Shown in pieces: positions 50,799 to 59,942 of a stretch of DNA of 62,344 bases. Origin of the DNA: Candidatus Stahliibacteriota bacterium. Lineage in GTDB: Bacteria > Hydrothermota > Tepidihabitantia > SM23-42. The notes under the pieces are model-generated. The model saw only the letters and a list, made by a program, of their open reading frames with translations. It made no database searches and was not told the origin of the DNA. The DNA lies in NCBI GenBank assembly GCA_030609135.1, contig JAUWCU010000004.1, forward strand, positions 1 through 62,344, in the 5' to 3' direction. Both the position numbers and the translations under genes were made by a program. How positions within the stretch are numbered: the first letter of the stretch is position 1; every line of letters begins with the position of its first letter.

Positions 50799-52870
50799 TG
50801 AAAAAATCTTATCTTAAACTCAACAGTCCGGTGCAATACATAAAAGGAATAGGTCCAAGACGGTCCACATATTTTAAGAAAATCAGTATTGAGACAGTAA
50901 ATGACCTCTTATTCCTTGTGCCGAGAAGATATGTTGACTACTCTGCTATGCAACAAATCAGCAACCTTAAAATCAACGATGAGGCGAGTGTTATTGGTAA
51001 AATCAAAGCGGTAGACGTCCAGGGAACAAGACACCGGGGGCAAATAGTGAAAGTGCTTTTAGCCGATGAGTCTGATACAATCGCCGTGAAATGGTTTAAC
51101 CGACGTGACCTGAAGAATAGGTTCAAAACTGGAGACAGTCTGATGGTATCAGGCAAAGTAACTTTCTTTCATGGTCGACAAATTGTAAACCCGATTTATG
51201 AAATTATTGCTGAACAGGAAGTGGACAAAACTCAAGGTACAGTGATTCCGATCTATCCATTAACCGAGGGACTCGGGCTTTGGGACATAAAGCGCGCCGT
51301 AAGGACCTGCGCTGATGAATGCCTCGATGATGTCCAGGAAACTCTACCGGCGTCGCTGCTCAAAAGGAATAACCTGATGGCATTACCGCAGGCAATAAGA
51401 AACCTCCATTTCCCCAGCAATCTACAAGATGCTTTTGCCGCCCGAAGGCGTCTGGTTTATGATGAATTTTTCTTCTTTGAACTAATACTGGCTAAGCGTC
51501 GATCAATGGCGAAGCATGAAACAGGCATCAGTCTGCCGGACCAAGGTGTTCTAACGCATCAACTTCTCGATGTTTTACCTTTTGAATTAACCAAAGGGCA
51601 GGTTGAGGTTATAAAAAACATAACCGATGACATGGTAAAACCTCGTCCTATGAACCGCTTGCTCCAAGGGGATGTTGGCGCAGGCAAAACCGTGGTGGCG
51701 CTTTATGCCATGCTTGTGTCAGTTGAGAACGGTTATCAATCGGCACTCATGGCACCGACGGAAATATTGGCTGAGCAACACTTTGTCGGCCTGTCTGAAA
51801 TATTAAAAAAACTAAAAATCGAAGCTGTTCTGCTGACCAGCAGCATAAAAACTGAAGCTCGAAAAAAAGCAATCGGAAAAATCGCTAGCGGCGATGCTCA
51901 AATCGTATTTGGCACCCATGCCCTCATCGAAGAAGAAATTAAGTTCAATAAGTTGGGACTTGTAGTCGTTGATGAACAACACCGCTTCGGTGTTATGCAG
52001 CGAGCCGCTCTGGTTAACAAAGGAATTAACCCGGATTTTCTTGTTTTATCAGCGACACCAATACCGCGTACGATAGCCCTAACGCTTTACGGTGATTTGG
52101 ATATATCCCTTTTAAAAGATAAACCGCCGAGGCGCGGTGAAGTGTTGACTAAAATCATTAAGCAAAATAAAAAACAAGACATCTATTCATTTGTTAAGAA
52201 TGAGCTGGCAAAAGGACGTCAAGCCTTCGTGATATGTCCACTCATCGAAAAATCAGAGAAACTTGATCTGAAATCAGTAGATGAGGTCTATCAAGAAATC
52301 ACCTCAATTTTCTGCGATTATTCAATCGGCGCAATCCATGGCCGGTTAAAAAGTATCGAGCGAATCGAAATCATGAACGAGTTCCGCGCTGGGCAACTGG
52401 ATATACTCATCGCCACCACCGTCGTCGAAGTAGGCGTTGACATCCCGAACGCCAGTATCATGCTCATTGAGCATCCAGAAAGGTTCGGCTTAGCTCAACT
52501 CCATCAATTGAGAGGCCGCATCGGTCGCGGAACACAACGGGCATACTGTTTTCTATTCCTAAACCGTTACGTTGCGCCAGAAACCTATGAGCGAATTGCA
52601 TATTTCGAAAAGAATAATGATGGCTTTGCCCTCGCCCAAAAGGATATGAAGTTACGCGGACCTGGAGAAATCCTTGGAAAAAAACAACACGGACTACCCG
52701 ACCTAAAAATCGGCGATCTGGAAGATGACAAGAAATTGCTCTTTTTAGCTCGCGACGATGCATTTAGCGCAATCGCAGAAGACCCCGAAATGAAATCTTC
52801 CGAGTTCCTTGCAATAAAAAAACAACTGCGTAAACTGACCCCTAAAGAAAAATTACTGAGTATTGGTTAA
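50798..52870 (+). CDS. recG: ATP-dependent DNA helicase RecG
   Basis: IKGIGPRRSTYFKKISIETVNDLLFLVPRRY wedge region, GDVGAGKT, DEQHRFG, and TPIPRT in the SAT-motif position. GTG start sharing 1 nt with the pilT stop. Confidence 0.9.
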   Translation: MKKSYLKLNSPVQYIKGIGPRRSTYFKKISIETVNDLLFLVPRRYVDYSAMQQISNLKINDEASVIGKIKAVDVQGTRHRGQIVKVLLADESDTIAVKWFNRRDLKNRFKTGDSLMVSGKVTFFHGRQIVNPIYEIIAEQEVDKTQGTVIPIYPLTEGLGLWDIKRAVRTCADECLDDVQETLPASLLKRNNLMALPQAIRNLHFPSNLQDAFAARRRLVYDEFFFFELILAKRRSMAKHETGISLPDQGVLTHQLLDVLPFELTKGQVEVIKNITDDMVKPRPMNRLLQGDVGAGKTVVALYAMLVSVENGYQSALMAPTEILAEQHFVGLSEILKKLKIEAVLLTSSIKTEARKKAIGKIASGDAQIVFGTHALIEEEIKFNKLGLVVVDEQHRFGVMQRAALVNKGINPDFLVLSATPIPRTIALTLYGDLDISLLKDKPPRRGEVLTKIIKQNKKQDIYSFVKNELAKGRQAFVICPLIEKSEKLDLKSVDEVYQEITSIFCDYSIGAIHGRLKSIERIEIMNEFRAGQLDILIATTVVEVGVDIPNASIMLIEHPERFGLAQLHQLRGRIGRGTQRAYCFLFLNRYVAPETYERIAYFEKNNDGFALAQKDMKLRGPGEILGKKQHGLPDLKIGDLEDDKKLLFLARDDAFSAIAEDPEMKSSEFLAIKKQLRKLTPKEKLLSIG

Positions 52871-52880
52871 GGAGAAAATA

Positions 52881-53891
52881 ATGAACAAGTTTACCCTGGT
52901 TATAAGTGTCTGCAATGTTATTGCTGGTTTTGTACTGGTGGCGGCGCTAACAATATCTTGCACAAACATTCCGTCAAACATCGGTAAAAGTAACGAGGTG
53001 GTTGTTGCATCATCGGCGATCGACAGCAACATGATCATCGATAATATTCAAATCTTCAACTACGTTCCTCAAAAGGAAGGGCTGTTTACCTTTCTCTTCA
53101 AGGCAGATACCGCAGCCAAGAAGTTCAGCCGGTATCATACGATTTTCATTTATGGAACACTCCAGGATGAATCCATTAGTACCCTATTGAGTGAGGAAGC
53201 CAAGGTAGCCACAGAAAAAGATACTTTCACACTTTTCAAGCTCAATGACCTTTGGGCAAAAGAACAACTTGTCATTGTTATGGCAGTATCTGAATCCATT
53301 TATACGGCCCAGGGTATTATCAAATATAAAAACATGATCGCCAATATGTTGGAGGAAAACCAGTACCAGTACATTAAGAAGAATTACTACTGCAAAGATA
53401 TGGATAAGAAAAACAAAAAAAATCTGGAGAACTTCGGCGTGACCTTTGACCTCGCCAAATCATGGATGATTGATTCTACACATCAACAAGATGCTTTTAT
53501 TTTCTTCCATAAACATTTCCCAGACCGCAGCATCTTTTTCTACAAGGAACAGATCAGCCAGGAACTGTCACGAACGTCAGCAATAGAGAAACGCAATGCG
53601 CTCACCAACGAGTACTACAATGGTGATTATGTGTTAGAAGATCTGGTCACGGCTAAAGAAATTGAATTTAAGGATATGAAAGGTATAAAACTGAAGGGGG
53701 TATGGCAAAATGATTCACTCGTTGCCGGTGGCCCTTTCATCTCATATTTCTTGACTGCCGAAGATACCTTATACATTATTGATGGTATCCTGTTCAACCC
53801 CGGCAAAAGGAAAAGTGACCATTTCACAACACTTGAAGTAATAATGAACTCTTTCCAGATAGTTAAGCCCAAAAACAAAAACATGAAATGA
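52881..53891 (+). CDS. membrane-anchored or lipoprotein-like hypothetical protein
   Basis: SD AAGGAG 6 nt upstream of ATG 52881. N-terminus MNKFTLVISVCNVIAGFVLVAALTISC. I recognise no family. Confidence 0.55.
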   Translation: MNKFTLVISVCNVIAGFVLVAALTISCTNIPSNIGKSNEVVVASSAIDSNMIIDNIQIFNYVPQKEGLFTFLFKADTAAKKFSRYHTIFIYGTLQDESISTLLSEEAKVATEKDTFTLFKLNDLWAKEQLVIVMAVSESIYTAQGIIKYKNMIANMLEENQYQYIKKNYYCKDMDKKNKKNLENFGVTFDLAKSWMIDSTHQQDAFIFFHKHFPDRSIFFYKEQISQELSRTSAIEKRNALTNEYYNGDYVLEDLVTAKEIEFKDMKGIKLKGVWQNDSLVAGGPFISYFLTAEDTLYIIDGILFNPGKRKSDHFTTLEVIMNSFQIVKPKNKNMK

Positions 53892-53951
53892 GACTTGACA
53901 AGGTTTATAATATGATTAATATATATTATATTATTCTTAATGGAGGAAGAA

Positions 53952-55517
53952 ATGGGAGAAAAAGACTTTTCTGAAATTGCCCGGCTTAGCGAGCGGTTTA
54001 ATAAAGATCCAAAATCAAAGATTTTTGTACAACTTGCGGATGCTTATAGAAAAAACAATATGATTGACGAAGCCTTTGATATACTAAACAAGGGTTTGGC
54101 TTTTCATCCAAATTATCCACTCGCCCATTTGATCCTTGGTAAGTGCAATTTTGACAAGAGGAAACTCGAACAAGCCAAGGAATCATTCAAAAAAACCCTG
54201 TCCTTCGATCCCCAGAATATCGTTGCGCTACGAATGCTTGCCCAGACCTGTGAAGCTATCAAAGACGAGGATGGTCAGATCGAAGCATACAAAGGTATCC
54301 TTGCTGTTGATCCTTTTGACGCACCGGCTAAGGAGAAACTAACCCAGCTCGAATCGCTTCATAGAAAAGAACCTCTTTATACAGTAGCCATGGCTGAAGA
54401 ATATGAAAAACAAGGTGATCTCGAAAAAGCCTTGTCGATTTATGAGAACTTGTCATTCACTACTCCAAATGATCTGGTACTCGAGCAAAAAATTACCGAG
54501 TTGAAAAAGAAAATCGGCCGGGAGACGAAAAAACCTGAAGAGGAGCAAATTGAAGGGCTTCAGCTGGATACGTATTTACGAGCTGAAGACCTCGATAAGA
54601 AAACCGCACCAGAAACAACTCAGACCGAGGAAGTTGGTCCCAAGGCAACACCTGAACCGACTTCGGTTCCAGAACAAATTACAGAAGTTAAATCTCAAGG
54701 ATTTTTTCCGAGCGATGCTGGAGAAAAGCCGGAAGAAGCCGTAACTAAACAAGACGAACAAATCCACGAACCAACTGAAGCTGCCCAAGCCTCTGAGACT
54801 ACGGAAAAACCTAAGACTGAAGAGCCAGCTGGTCTTGATCTTTTGGAGCCGATTGAACCTGCATCTGCACAACAAGATGAGACACCAAGCCAACCTGTTG
54901 AAAAAACTGAAACTGTTGAGTCGACTGAGACACCAGAGGCACAAATAGCTGAACCTGACATATTGCAGCCTGTGGAAACTGCTGAACAACCTCCAGAACC
55001 TGAGCAAAAAACACCAACCGAGGAAATCATGGGTGCTGAGGATTTATTGCAGCCTTTAGAACCAGTTGAAGAACCCCCAGCCGAAACCGGGGAACCTGAA
55101 ATACCAAACCTTTTGGATACGGCCGAACCTGAACAAAAAACTGAACCGCAGCCACCCCCGACTGAAGAACCAAGCGAAAAGCTCGGTGGGGCTGAGGATT
55201 TGCTCAAGCCGGTTGAAGAAATCAAGGAAGAACCCGCCGCGGAAACCACGGAGCCATCCCCGGCGCCATTTGCCGGAGTGGACAAAACACAAACAGATGA
55301 ACCAAAGGAAGAAGTACCTCCAGCAACGCCCCAAGCCGAGACTGAGCCGATAAAGGAAAGCACTCAAGCAGAAACGACCTCTGGCAAAGCAACCGATGTT
55401 AGCCAACCGCCATCTGAAGGCCCACCGGCAAAACCTGAAGAAAAGCCTGAAGCAAAGAAACCACCTGAAGAGGATTTCCAGTCGTTCAAGGACTGGTTAG
55501 GAGGATTGCTTAAGTGA
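53952..55517 (+). CDS. N-terminal TPR protein with a roughly 300-aa acidic Pro/Glu/Thr-rich low-complexity tail
   Basis: GGAGG lies 5 nt upstream of the second ATG (53952). TPR-like repeats in the first 190 aa or so. The tail contains duplicated blocks GAEDLLQPLEPVEEPPAETGEPE and GAEDLLKPVEEIKEEPAAETTEPS. Confidence 0.65.
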   Translation: MGEKDFSEIARLSERFNKDPKSKIFVQLADAYRKNNMIDEAFDILNKGLAFHPNYPLAHLILGKCNFDKRKLEQAKESFKKTLSFDPQNIVALRMLAQTCEAIKDEDGQIEAYKGILAVDPFDAPAKEKLTQLESLHRKEPLYTVAMAEEYEKQGDLEKALSIYENLSFTTPNDLVLEQKITELKKKIGRETKKPEEEQIEGLQLDTYLRAEDLDKKTAPETTQTEEVGPKATPEPTSVPEQITEVKSQGFFPSDAGEKPEEAVTKQDEQIHEPTEAAQASETTEKPKTEEPAGLDLLEPIEPASAQQDETPSQPVEKTETVESTETPEAQIAEPDILQPVETAEQPPEPEQKTPTEEIMGAEDLLQPLEPVEEPPAETGEPEIPNLLDTAEPEQKTEPQPPPTEEPSEKLGGAEDLLKPVEEIKEEPAAETTEPSPAPFAGVDKTQTDEPKEEVPPATPQAETEPIKESTQAETTSGKATDVSQPPSEGPPAKPEEKPEAKKPPEEDFQSFKDWLGGLLK

Positions 55518-55948
55518 GGTTCAAAGACATTGAAAGGATCGTGAAGATACTCGAGACCAGCAGTGTTTCAGAAATCGAGGTAACTGATTTCCTGGGTAGA
55601 AAAATCAGAATCACCAAGTGCACAAATAATACCCAAGCAGTCAAGGTTGAAGCACCTTCTCAGCCGGTAAAGGAAAAAGCAGAAAAAACCGAGCAAGGAG
55701 TCGACAATCTTGTGGCAATAAGATCGCCTATCGTTGGCACATTCTATCGCTCCCCTGCCCCAGACGCACCACCATATATCGACATTGGTGATGTTGTGAA
55801 ACCGGGTCAAGTAGTCTGTATTGTCGAGGCGATGAAGTTAATGAATGAAATTGAATCGGATGTCGCCGGTAAGATAGTCAAGATGCTTGTAAAAAATGAA
55901 GACCCCGTGGAATACAACCAGGAATTGTTCATGGTTGAACCGTTGTAA
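55514..55948 (+). CDS. accB: acetyl-CoA carboxylase biotin carboxyl carrier protein
   Basis: Biotinylation motif CIVEAMKLMNEIESD. GTG start in a GTGA overlap with the upstream stop codon. Confidence 0.9.
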   Translation: MRFKDIERIVKILETSSVSEIEVTDFLGRKIRITKCTNNTQAVKVEAPSQPVKEKAEKTEQGVDNLVAIRSPIVGTFYRSPAPDAPPYIDIGDVVKPGQVVCIVEAMKLMNEIESDVAGKIVKMLVKNEDPVEYNQELFMVEPL

Positions 55949-55972
55949 AATCATCAATAGGAGTAACTGACT

Positions 55973-57079
55973 ATGGAGCTAAAAACACTTCTTGAAAAAA
56001 TGATAAAGGTCAATGCTTCAGACTTACATCTGAAAGCAAATTCAACACCAGTATTTAGGATCGATGGAAAACTGGTCTCGGAAAAAGGAGAATCGCTAAC
56101 TCCAGAAACAATCAAAACCATAGCTTACCAAATAATGACAAACCCACAACAAGAGACATTCGAACGTATGAAAGAAATGGACTTTGCTATTGGCGTAAGG
56201 GGTGTTGGAAGATTCAGGGTGAACGTATTTAAGCAGCGCGGCAGCATTGCCATTGCAATGCGGGCAATCCCGATATCAGTTAAGCGAATAGAAGAGTTGA
56301 ACCTTCCTCTGGTTCTGAAAGACCTTGCCTTAAAACCACGCGGTCTTATCCTCTGTACTGGTACTACAGGAAGTGGAAAATCCACGACCTTGGCTGCAAT
56401 GATCGAGCATATTAATGAAAATACATCACGCCATATCATTACTATCGAAGATCCAATAGAGTACCTTTTCCGGGACAACCTTTCAAGCATCTGTCAACGA
56501 GAAGTATTAATGGACACGATATCCTTTTCTATTGCCTTAAAACACATTCTGCGTCAGGATCCGGACGTGATTCTAATTGGTGAAGTAAGAGACCGGGAAA
56601 CCATGGACACCGCACTCAAAGCTGCGGATACGGGTCACCTTGTTCTTTCAACCCTACACACACTGAACGCAACCGAGACAATTAACCGAATAATTTCATT
56701 TTACCCACCTCATCAACATCAGCATATCCGAGTGCTACTCGCAACGACTTTGGTCGGCGTCTGTTCCTTGCGTTTATTGCCTCGTGCAGACGGCAAAGGA
56801 AGAATACCAGCCGTCGAGATTCTTTTAACAACACCAACAATCAAAGACTACCTCATGGACCCAGTTAAGACGTTGCTGATACAATCGGCTATTGAGGAAG
56901 GCTACGGCCAGTATGGTATGCAAACCTTTGATCAATCCATCTTCAAGTTGTATAAGAACGGGATGATTGCATATGATGACGCGATACAAGCAGTTACTAA
57001 CCCTGATGAGTTCAAACTTAGACTCGTAGGCATTGAAGCTACTGCAGAACGAGGTTGGGGTTCGTTCGACAAGAAATAG
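55973..57079 (+). CDS. divergent PilT/PilU-like ATPase inserted between accB and accC
   Basis: GTTGSGKSTT, ITIEDPIEY, ILIGEVRDRET and GHLVLSTLHT. The AIRNLIRE motif is replaced by TIKDYLMD. SD AGGAG. Confidence 0.85.
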   Translation: MELKTLLEKMIKVNASDLHLKANSTPVFRIDGKLVSEKGESLTPETIKTIAYQIMTNPQQETFERMKEMDFAIGVRGVGRFRVNVFKQRGSIAIAMRAIPISVKRIEELNLPLVLKDLALKPRGLILCTGTTGSGKSTTLAAMIEHINENTSRHIITIEDPIEYLFRDNLSSICQREVLMDTISFSIALKHILRQDPDVILIGEVRDRETMDTALKAADTGHLVLSTLHTLNATETINRIISFYPPHQHQHIRVLLATTLVGVCSLRLLPRADGKGRIPAVEILLTTPTIKDYLMDPVKTLLIQSAIEEGYGQYGMQTFDQSIFKLYKNGMIAYDDAIQAVTNPDEFKLRLVGIEATAERGWGSFDKK

Positions 57080-57084
57080 AATCC

Positions 57085-57104
57085 GTAGTCATCCGTTTAC
57101 ATTC
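57085..57104 (+). repeat. truncated REP remnant between the pilT-like gene and accC
   Basis: GTAGTCATCCG is identical to the first 11 nt of the 28148-type REP, after which the sequence diverges (tttacattc). Confidence 0.45.
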
Positions 57105-57121
57105 AAAATCTCTATGAAATT

Positions 57122-58459
57122 ATGAAATTTACAAAAATACTAATTGCTAACCGCGGAGAGATCGCAATCCGCATTATTCGCGCCGCCAAAGAGCTGAGGA
57201 TTGAAACGGTTGCCGTGTATTCAGAGGTTGATAGTGATGCCTTACATACCAGAATCGCCGACGAAGCTGTATGTATTGGCCCGCCACCGAGCAGAGATTC
57301 CTACCTAAATATAACACGCATTATTAGTGCCGCAGAAATAACTGGCGCTAAAGCAATCCATCCTGGTTACGGGTTTCTCGCTGAAAACCCGGAATTCGCC
57401 GAGATTTGCGAATCCTGCGGTATAATATTCATCGGTCCTGACCCCAGGCACATAAGGGCTATGGGCGACAAAATCAGGGCAAAAAACACCATGAACCAAG
57501 CCGGTATTCCTGGTATCCCGGGCAGCGACGGCGCAATAGAATCGCTTGCTTTAGTAAAAAAAGCAAGTGAAGAAATCGGCTATCCGGTAATGCTGAAGGC
57601 GGCTTCAGGCGGCGGCGGTAAAGGGATGAGAATCGCCCGCAATGACGAAGAACTGGAATCAGGTTATCGTATCGCCCAAGCAGAAGCCAAGGCAGCCTTT
57701 GGCGACGGCAGAATATATATCGAGAAATACATTGCCCGACCCAGGCATATTGAGGTACAGATCCTGGGTGATAACTATGGCAACGTGATAGCGCTAGGCG
57801 AAAGGGAGTGTTCTATCCAACGTCGCCACCAGAAGTTACTTGAAGAATCGCCCGCACCAGGTATCGATCACAAACTAAGGCAGAAACTATTCAAAAACGC
57901 AATAAAGGCCGCACAGAGTATCCAGTACCGGTCCGCCGGCACCATTGAATTTCTCCTCGACGAAAACAAAAATTTCTATTTCATGGAAATGAACACAAGG
58001 ATACAGGTTGAACATCCAGTAACAGAAATGGTGACCGGCATAGATTTGCTAAAGGAACAGATTCAAATTGCCCTTGGTGAAAAGCTGACGATCGGGCAGA
58101 ATGACGTTGAACTCAGAGGCAATGCCATAGAATGTCGTATCAATGCAGAAAACCCTGACCGCAACTTCGTACCAATGCCCGGCAAAATCAGTTTTTTCCA
58201 CATGCCGCAAGGCCTCGGCATTAGATTTGACACCCATATATTTGCCGGCTACAATATCCCGAGTCACTACGACTCGCTGATCGGCAAGTTGATATGCCAT
58301 GGCTCATCGCGCCAGGAAGCGATCGCACGTATGCGACATGCCCTTGATGAAATCGTCATTGAAGGCATACCAACTACCATCCCTTTTCATAAAAAAATCA
58401 TGGACAACAAAAAGTTCATCAAGGGTGATATTACAACGCATTTCATCGAAGAAATGTAA
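57122..58459 (+). CDS. accC: acetyl-CoA carboxylase biotin carboxylase subunit
   Basis: [39 protein letters not shown]. Confidence 0.95.
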   Translation: MKFTKILIANRGEIAIRIIRAAKELRIETVAVYSEVDSDALHTRIADEAVCIGPPPSRDSYLNITRIISAAEITGAKAIHPGYGFLAENPEFAEICESCGIIFIGPDPRHIRAMGDKIRAKNTMNQAGIPGIPGSDGAIESLALVKKASEEIGYPVMLKAASGGGGKGMRIARNDEELESGYRIAQAEAKAAFGDGRIYIEKYIARPRHIEVQILGDNYGNVIALGERECSIQRRHQKLLEESPAPGIDHKLRQKLFKNAIKAAQSIQYRSAGTIEFLLDENKNFYFMEMNTRIQVEHPVTEMVTGIDLLKEQIQIALGEKLTIGQNDVELRGNAIECRINAENPDRNFVPMPGKISFFHMPQGLGIRFDTHIFAGYNIPSHYDSLIGKLICHGSSRQEAIARMRHALDEIVIEGIPTTIPFHKKIMDNKKFIKGDITTHFIEEM

Positions 58460-58517
58460 AAACCTCAACGTTTTGTTCGTTTGATTCGTTTAGACCGTTT
58501 CACTAAAAGTCATTAGT

Positions 58518-58605
58518 CATTGAGTAAAGCAGTTATTGAGTTACTAGGTTATTAAGTTATTGGCACCTTGCTCTCTACTCTTTACTGTTTCTCTCACCTT
58601 GTTCG
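58518..58605. repeat. octamer periodic array
   Basis: cattgagt aaagcagt tattgagt tactaggt tattaagt tattggca ccttgctc tctactct ttactgtt tctctcac cttgttcg. Confidence 0.65.
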
Positions 58606-58641
58606 AGACAAGCGAGCGAAGTCGAGAAATCTTATGGCTAC

Positions 58642-58689
58642 GGAGTGCAGTAGCTTGCTACTGCATGCAACGGCAAGCCGTTGCACTCC
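58642..58689. repeat. minimal two-hairpin GGAGTGCA...TGCACTCC element (three-way junction)
   Basis: GGAG + TGCAGTAGC-TT-GCTACTGCA + TGCAACGGC-AA-GCCGTTGCA + CTCC, 48 nt in total. Confidence 0.85.
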
Positions 58690-58817
58690 ATCTACGCTCT
58701 CCGCCAGAATTTCCAATCTTCCAATCTTCCTATCTTCGTAACTTCACAGCTTCATTCATTAATCCTCTTCCATACTTAGCATCATTTCTCCATACGCTTT
58801 ACGCCTTACGCTTTTTA

Positions 58818-58845
58818 TTGACAAACTACACTTCTTAGGTATAAT
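58818..58845 (+). promoter_or_regulatory. consensus sigma70-type promoter close to carA
   Basis: TTGACA (58818-58823), N16, TATAAT (58840-58845), then 11 nt with no SD to ATG 58857. Confidence 0.6.
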
Positions 58846-58856
58846 ATATTTTTAGA

Positions 58857-59942
58857 ATGTCAACCGCTTTCCTCGTCCTTGAGGACGGAACCCTAATCAA
58901 AGCTAAACACACTGGTGCAAAAAAAGATGTTTTCGGTGAAATAGTCTTCAATACATCAATGACCGGCTATGAAGAAGCATTCACTGACCCTTCATACGCC
59001 GGCCAGATTCTTCTGATGACCTATCCTCTGGTCGGTAACTACGGCATTCGAAAAAAGAACTTCGAATCTAATAAAGTTCAAATAAGAGGGCTCATTTTGA
59101 AAGAGCCCTGTTTTTTCGCCTACCGTGGTATGCATCTCGATAAATTCCTTGATTTGTCAAAAGTCTCTTGCCTTTACAGTATCGACACCAGAGCCTTGAC
59201 CTTGAAGATAAGAAAGCACGGAACAATGAAGGCAATGATTGTAGCACAACCTTCAAAAATGGACTACCATGCATTGCTTCGAAGAATCAAACAGACGCCG
59301 TACCCGGATGCCGAAAATTTGGTCGCGCATGTATCCTGTACCAAGAAAATCATTCATGGCAAGTATCCCAGCCGTTTTGTATTGATAGACTGCGGTGTAA
59401 AATCAAGCATTTTAAAACACCTAATAGAACATGGCACTGTTATCCAAGTTCCGTTTGATACTGACATTAAGACTATTGATAGACTAAAACCTGACGGTAT
59501 CGTAGTTTCAAATGGTCCTGGAAACCCAGCACACCAGGCTATACTGTCAACGACTGCCAAGACAGTTGAAAAACTGATTGATAAGTACCCGGTTATGGGC
59601 ATTTGCCTTGGCCATCAGATACTGGGTCTTGTGCTCGGCTTTAAGACTTACAAACTGAAGTTCGGCCACCGCGGTTCAAACCATGCAGTTAAGCATGTTT
59701 GCAGCCAGAAAATATACATCACATCACAAAACCACGGGTATGCGCTTCAAACCCGGAAGAACCTTGATGCCGAAATTACCTGGGTAAACGTCAATGACGG
59801 TACGATTGAAGGAATACGCCATCGAACGCGACCTGTTTTTTCCGTACAATTCCATCCTGAGGCTGCACCTGGCCCACGTGATACATGGTTTCTTTTTAGA
59901 GAATTTTCAGAGCTCACCATATGCCAAAACGCAAAGACCTGA
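58857..59942 (+). CDS. carA: carbamoyl-phosphate synthase small (glutaminase) subunit
   Basis: LVLEDGTLIKAKHTGA...GEIVFNTSMTGYEEAFTDPSY, catalytic GICLGHQ, HRGSNHAV and QFHPEA. Confidence 0.9.
   Translation: MSTAFLVLEDGTLIKAKHTGAKKDVFGEIVFNTSMTGYEEAFTDPSYAGQILLMTYPLVGNYGIRKKNFESNKVQIRGLILKEPCFFAYRGMHLDKFLDLSKVSCLYSIDTRALTLKIRKHGTMKAMIVAQPSKMDYHALLRRIKQTPYPDAENLVAHVSCTKKIIHGKYPSRFVLIDCGVKSSILKHLIEHGTVIQVPFDTDIKTIDRLKPDGIVVSNGPGNPAHQAILSTTAKTVEKLIDKYPVMGICLGHQILGLVLGFKTYKLKFGHRGSNHAVKHVCSQKIYITSQNHGYALQTRKNLDAEITWVNVNDGTIEGIRHRTRPVFSVQFHPEAAPGPRDTWFLFREFSELTICQNAKT

Noticed and set aside
54576-55406. Long antisense and alternative-frame ORFs (for example 54695-55363, 222 aa) within the acidic-tail region.
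   Set aside because: They are artefacts of repetitive GAA/CCA/GAG-rich DNA. Their products are Ser/Gly/Cys-rich low-complexity strings with no start context.
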